A stretch of 64,000 bases of DNA from Gracilinanus agilis (Eukaryota). A program made the translations under genes and the position numbers. Below, piece after piece: positions 61,378 through 64,000 of the stretch (within the stretch, counting starts at the first letter, position 1; each line of letters begins with the position of its first letter). Under the pieces are notes generated by a model. It was not told the origin of the DNA. It worked only from the letters and a program-made list of their open reading frames with translations, and made no database searches. Where the stretch lies: assembly GCF_016433145.1 (NCBI RefSeq), contig NC_058132.1:561451044-561515043 (forward strand). Reading direction: 5' to 3'.

Positions 61378-61545
61378 GCAGTTAGGTTGTAGAATGGATA
61401 GAGCACCAGGCCTGGAGTTGGGAGGACGTAGGTTCAGATCTATCCTTGGGCAAATCATTTAACCTATTGCCTGACCTTTACCATTCTGCCTTAGAAACAT
61501 TATTTTGTATCTCTCCTAAAACAGAAAGGAAAGGGTTTTTTGTGG
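61378..61545 (+). mobile_element. Older SINE1-type SINE
   Basis: ggatagagcaccaggcctggagttgggagg...cagaaaggaaagggttttt. Confidence 0.7.
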
Positions 61546-61794
61546 TTTTTAAAAAATATCTCTAATGAAAATAAAAGAAGGAAACAAATAAGGTTTGAAA
61601 AACAATTCTCTACAGAACAAAACATCTTCACAGACACACAACTGGGGGAAAGGTACAAAGAATACTATACCCATTTGTCTCTATTATTTATTGATTGAAA
61701 ATAAAAATTGATTTGTTAGACCTCAAAGTCTTTCCCCTAATAAGAGTCTTCTTTTATGTATATGATATCTCATGGGATATCTTGATAAGACAGC

Positions 61795-61995
61795 TGAGTA
61801 TTATAGTGAAGAGAAGGTTAGGTATAAAGTCAGACAGACCTTCATTCAAACCCTGTCTTACATGCCAACTAACTGAATGACCATGGGCAAGGCATCTTAT
61901 CTCTATCTCAGTTTCCTCATCTGTAACATGGGGATAGTAATTGCATCTATCTTTCAGGGTTGTTATAAGAATCAAATGAGAGGATATTTTTAAAT
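61795..61995 (+). mobile_element. MIR
   Basis: ctcagtttcctcatctgtaacatgggg. Confidence 0.75.
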
Positions 61996-62448
61996 ACAAT
62001 CACAAAGAAAACTTTCAATGTCCTTTTGTTTATTAACATTGAACAAAATATAAAATAATGGAAATGTCCTATTCAAAAAGAATTCTTTATAAATGATGAT
62101 GATAATACTATTAAATGACATTTCTATAATACTTTAAGATTTACAAAGCCCTTGATATACATAATCTTATTTGATGCTCAACTGAGTGCATCCGGATGTT
62201 CCTCTTTGTGGGTGATATTAGACCAATAAGCACCTAACTCCTAAACATTACAGGGTTGCTCAAAGAGATCCACGATTATTCAAGAGAGACTGTTGGCCTA
62301 AGAAATCCATACACAGAAAATAAAAGCCCTGGAAAATGCCTATCGTGCAGAGGACAGCATGCAGTCAGGAACCCATAGTGCGATCACATAGTATATATAG
62401 CATGTTGGCTAGTGATCTTATTACACATTAGGATAAATTTTCATATTG

Positions 62449-62657
62449 GGGCAGATAAGTAGTTGCAGATAAAGTCAGGGCTGAAGATGGAAAGTACTGG
62501 GTTCAAATATTGCTTCAGACACTTCACTGCTGTGTATTGGGCAAATCATTTAACCCCCAATTGCCTATTACCACTCTTCTGCCTTGGACCCAATACTTAG
62601 AATTGATTCTAAAGATAGAAAGTAGGGGCTGGGGAAAAAAAAAAGAAAGAAAAAAGG
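62449..62657 (+). mobile_element. SINE1-type SINE
   Basis: gggttcaaat...ttaccactcttctgccttggacccaatac...A-rich tail. Confidence 0.8.
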
Positions 62658-63329
62658 GGGAAAGAAATGATCACACTTCTCGTGACATTTATAAATATCT
62701 TTTCAACATTCAAACTATGTCTACGGTTTTACTAAAACACTATAGGTTGTCTTTCTGGATATGTGGGCATAGTTACACAGCATGCACGGCAAACTAGATA
62801 TGGGATTTGTCTGGTACTCAATAGTGCAGTACAGAGTCAAATATATTCTAATAACAAGACTTTATGTGGATGAAATGACTATTTTGCATAAGAAGATTAT
62901 ATTTCTCTTTCCAGCTTGGACAAAGTGATATTTCAAAATATAAACTTAGTGTATTATTAAATTGGGTGTGGGAGAAACCTTTCGTCTCTCTAGGATATTT
63001 GTTGTGAATTTAAACAGATAATATTTTTATGGGAAGAACGATAAAGAAAATTTAAGAGTTGTGCAATTTTTGTAATCGTTTATAAATGAATCAATATTTT
63101 TGGTTAAGTGGAACACTCTTCTAACTTAAGGTGTCAAAGTTCCAAAAAATATCTTTTGAATTGAAAATTATTACATCATCTGTAACCATTCCAATAACAA
63201 AGTTCTTACCATGCCAGTTGCATACAAATGATAGGCCCACTTTGTTCAAGCAAGCCAAGCATTTACTTCAGTGTCTAAAAAAATATGTCCAATGGTTTAA
63301 AGCAATCCTTTTTTAAACACCTACACAGC

Positions 63330-63525
63330 CCCATTTGACTAAATAGAATATTGTTTGGAGTCAGAAGATTTGGGTTTTAACCTCTCTATCCCCCTCTACT
63401 CCACACACTCTTTATTTACTATCTTGGTGACTTTGAGCAATTCACTCAGTCTCAGTTTCCTCATCTGAAAAAAATAATTAGACTCGATGAATTTTAAAGC
63501 CCCTTCTAGGTCTCAGTCTATAATA
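63330..63525 (+). mobile_element. MIR
   Basis: tttggagtcagaagatttggg...ctcagtttcctcatctgaaaa. Confidence 0.7.
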
Positions 63526-64000
63526 TCGTAAACCATGATCCCATGATCATACCAGGTGACCCTCCATGGTCCTTACGCTGGGCAAATTAATAAATGAATT
63601 GGCAAAGGTAATAACAATTTCTGTCTGTCAGAGAGAGAAGCATATTGCTTCTTTTGAACAGGTCTTCAGGAAGTGAGGTAATGCTTGATTTTCCCCCAGG
63701 AAAGCTAGCCTGGGGCATGCACAGAACTGGCAATATGGGGCCATTGTTTTGAGGCAGAGAATGGTTGTGGGTGGCATGATGAAACCAAGATAAGATTAAA
63801 CTCAAGGTTGATTGCTTTGCATGTTTAAAATTATTGATGTCAATAAGAATTTTGCCTGGAGACTGACTAGAGTATATGGCCCTGGGGATTAACAAGTCAT
63901 TCTTGATTTCTACTTACCTCTCCTCCTTCACTCCCCTCCCACTATGTACACATAAAGAAAGAAACCCTATTTCCCAGCTTCTCAATACGGATTACAAAAT

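Noticed and set aside
1-64000. CRISPR array, rRNA, operon or defence-type system
   Set aside because: Mammalian repeat-rich DNA; no regularly spaced repeat-spacer array, rRNA-like sequence or long ORF clusters

Overview
Eukaryotic, AT-rich, CpG-depleted, repeat-dense DNA from a marsupial. The CORE-SINEs are of the opossum SINE1_Mdo type, so the source is a didelphid (Monodelphis or a close relative). I cannot identify any protein-coding gene, RNA gene or CRISPR array. The supplied ORFs are chance ORFs, N-gap artefacts or transposon remnants (L1 ORF2 C-terminus, L3/CR1 RT C-terminus). The window is intergenic or deep intronic. It holds many L1, L2, L3, MIR, Mar1-type and SINE1 copies, a solo ERV LTR with a 4-bp TSD, and several non-autonomous hAT transposons, three with perfect 8-bp TSDs. 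There are two sized N gaps and a 2.98-kb tandem duplication joined by one N, probably an unmerged allelic overlap. Best leads: (1) a hAT MITE inserted inside an opossum-type SINE, which implies late DNA-transposon activity; (2) a perfect 43-bp-arm AT-rich palindrome; (3) a ~4.6-kb nearly transposon-free block with a dense TGACA (TALE-type) motif cluster; (4) a strongly splice-signalled candidate exon at 59408-59503 encoding MMKLLQCRTK; (5) a young short-tailed SINE variant. I found no evidence of a new multi-gene biological system. Repeat family names come from recognition of consensus-like sequence, not from a database search, and boundaries of old repeats are approximate.
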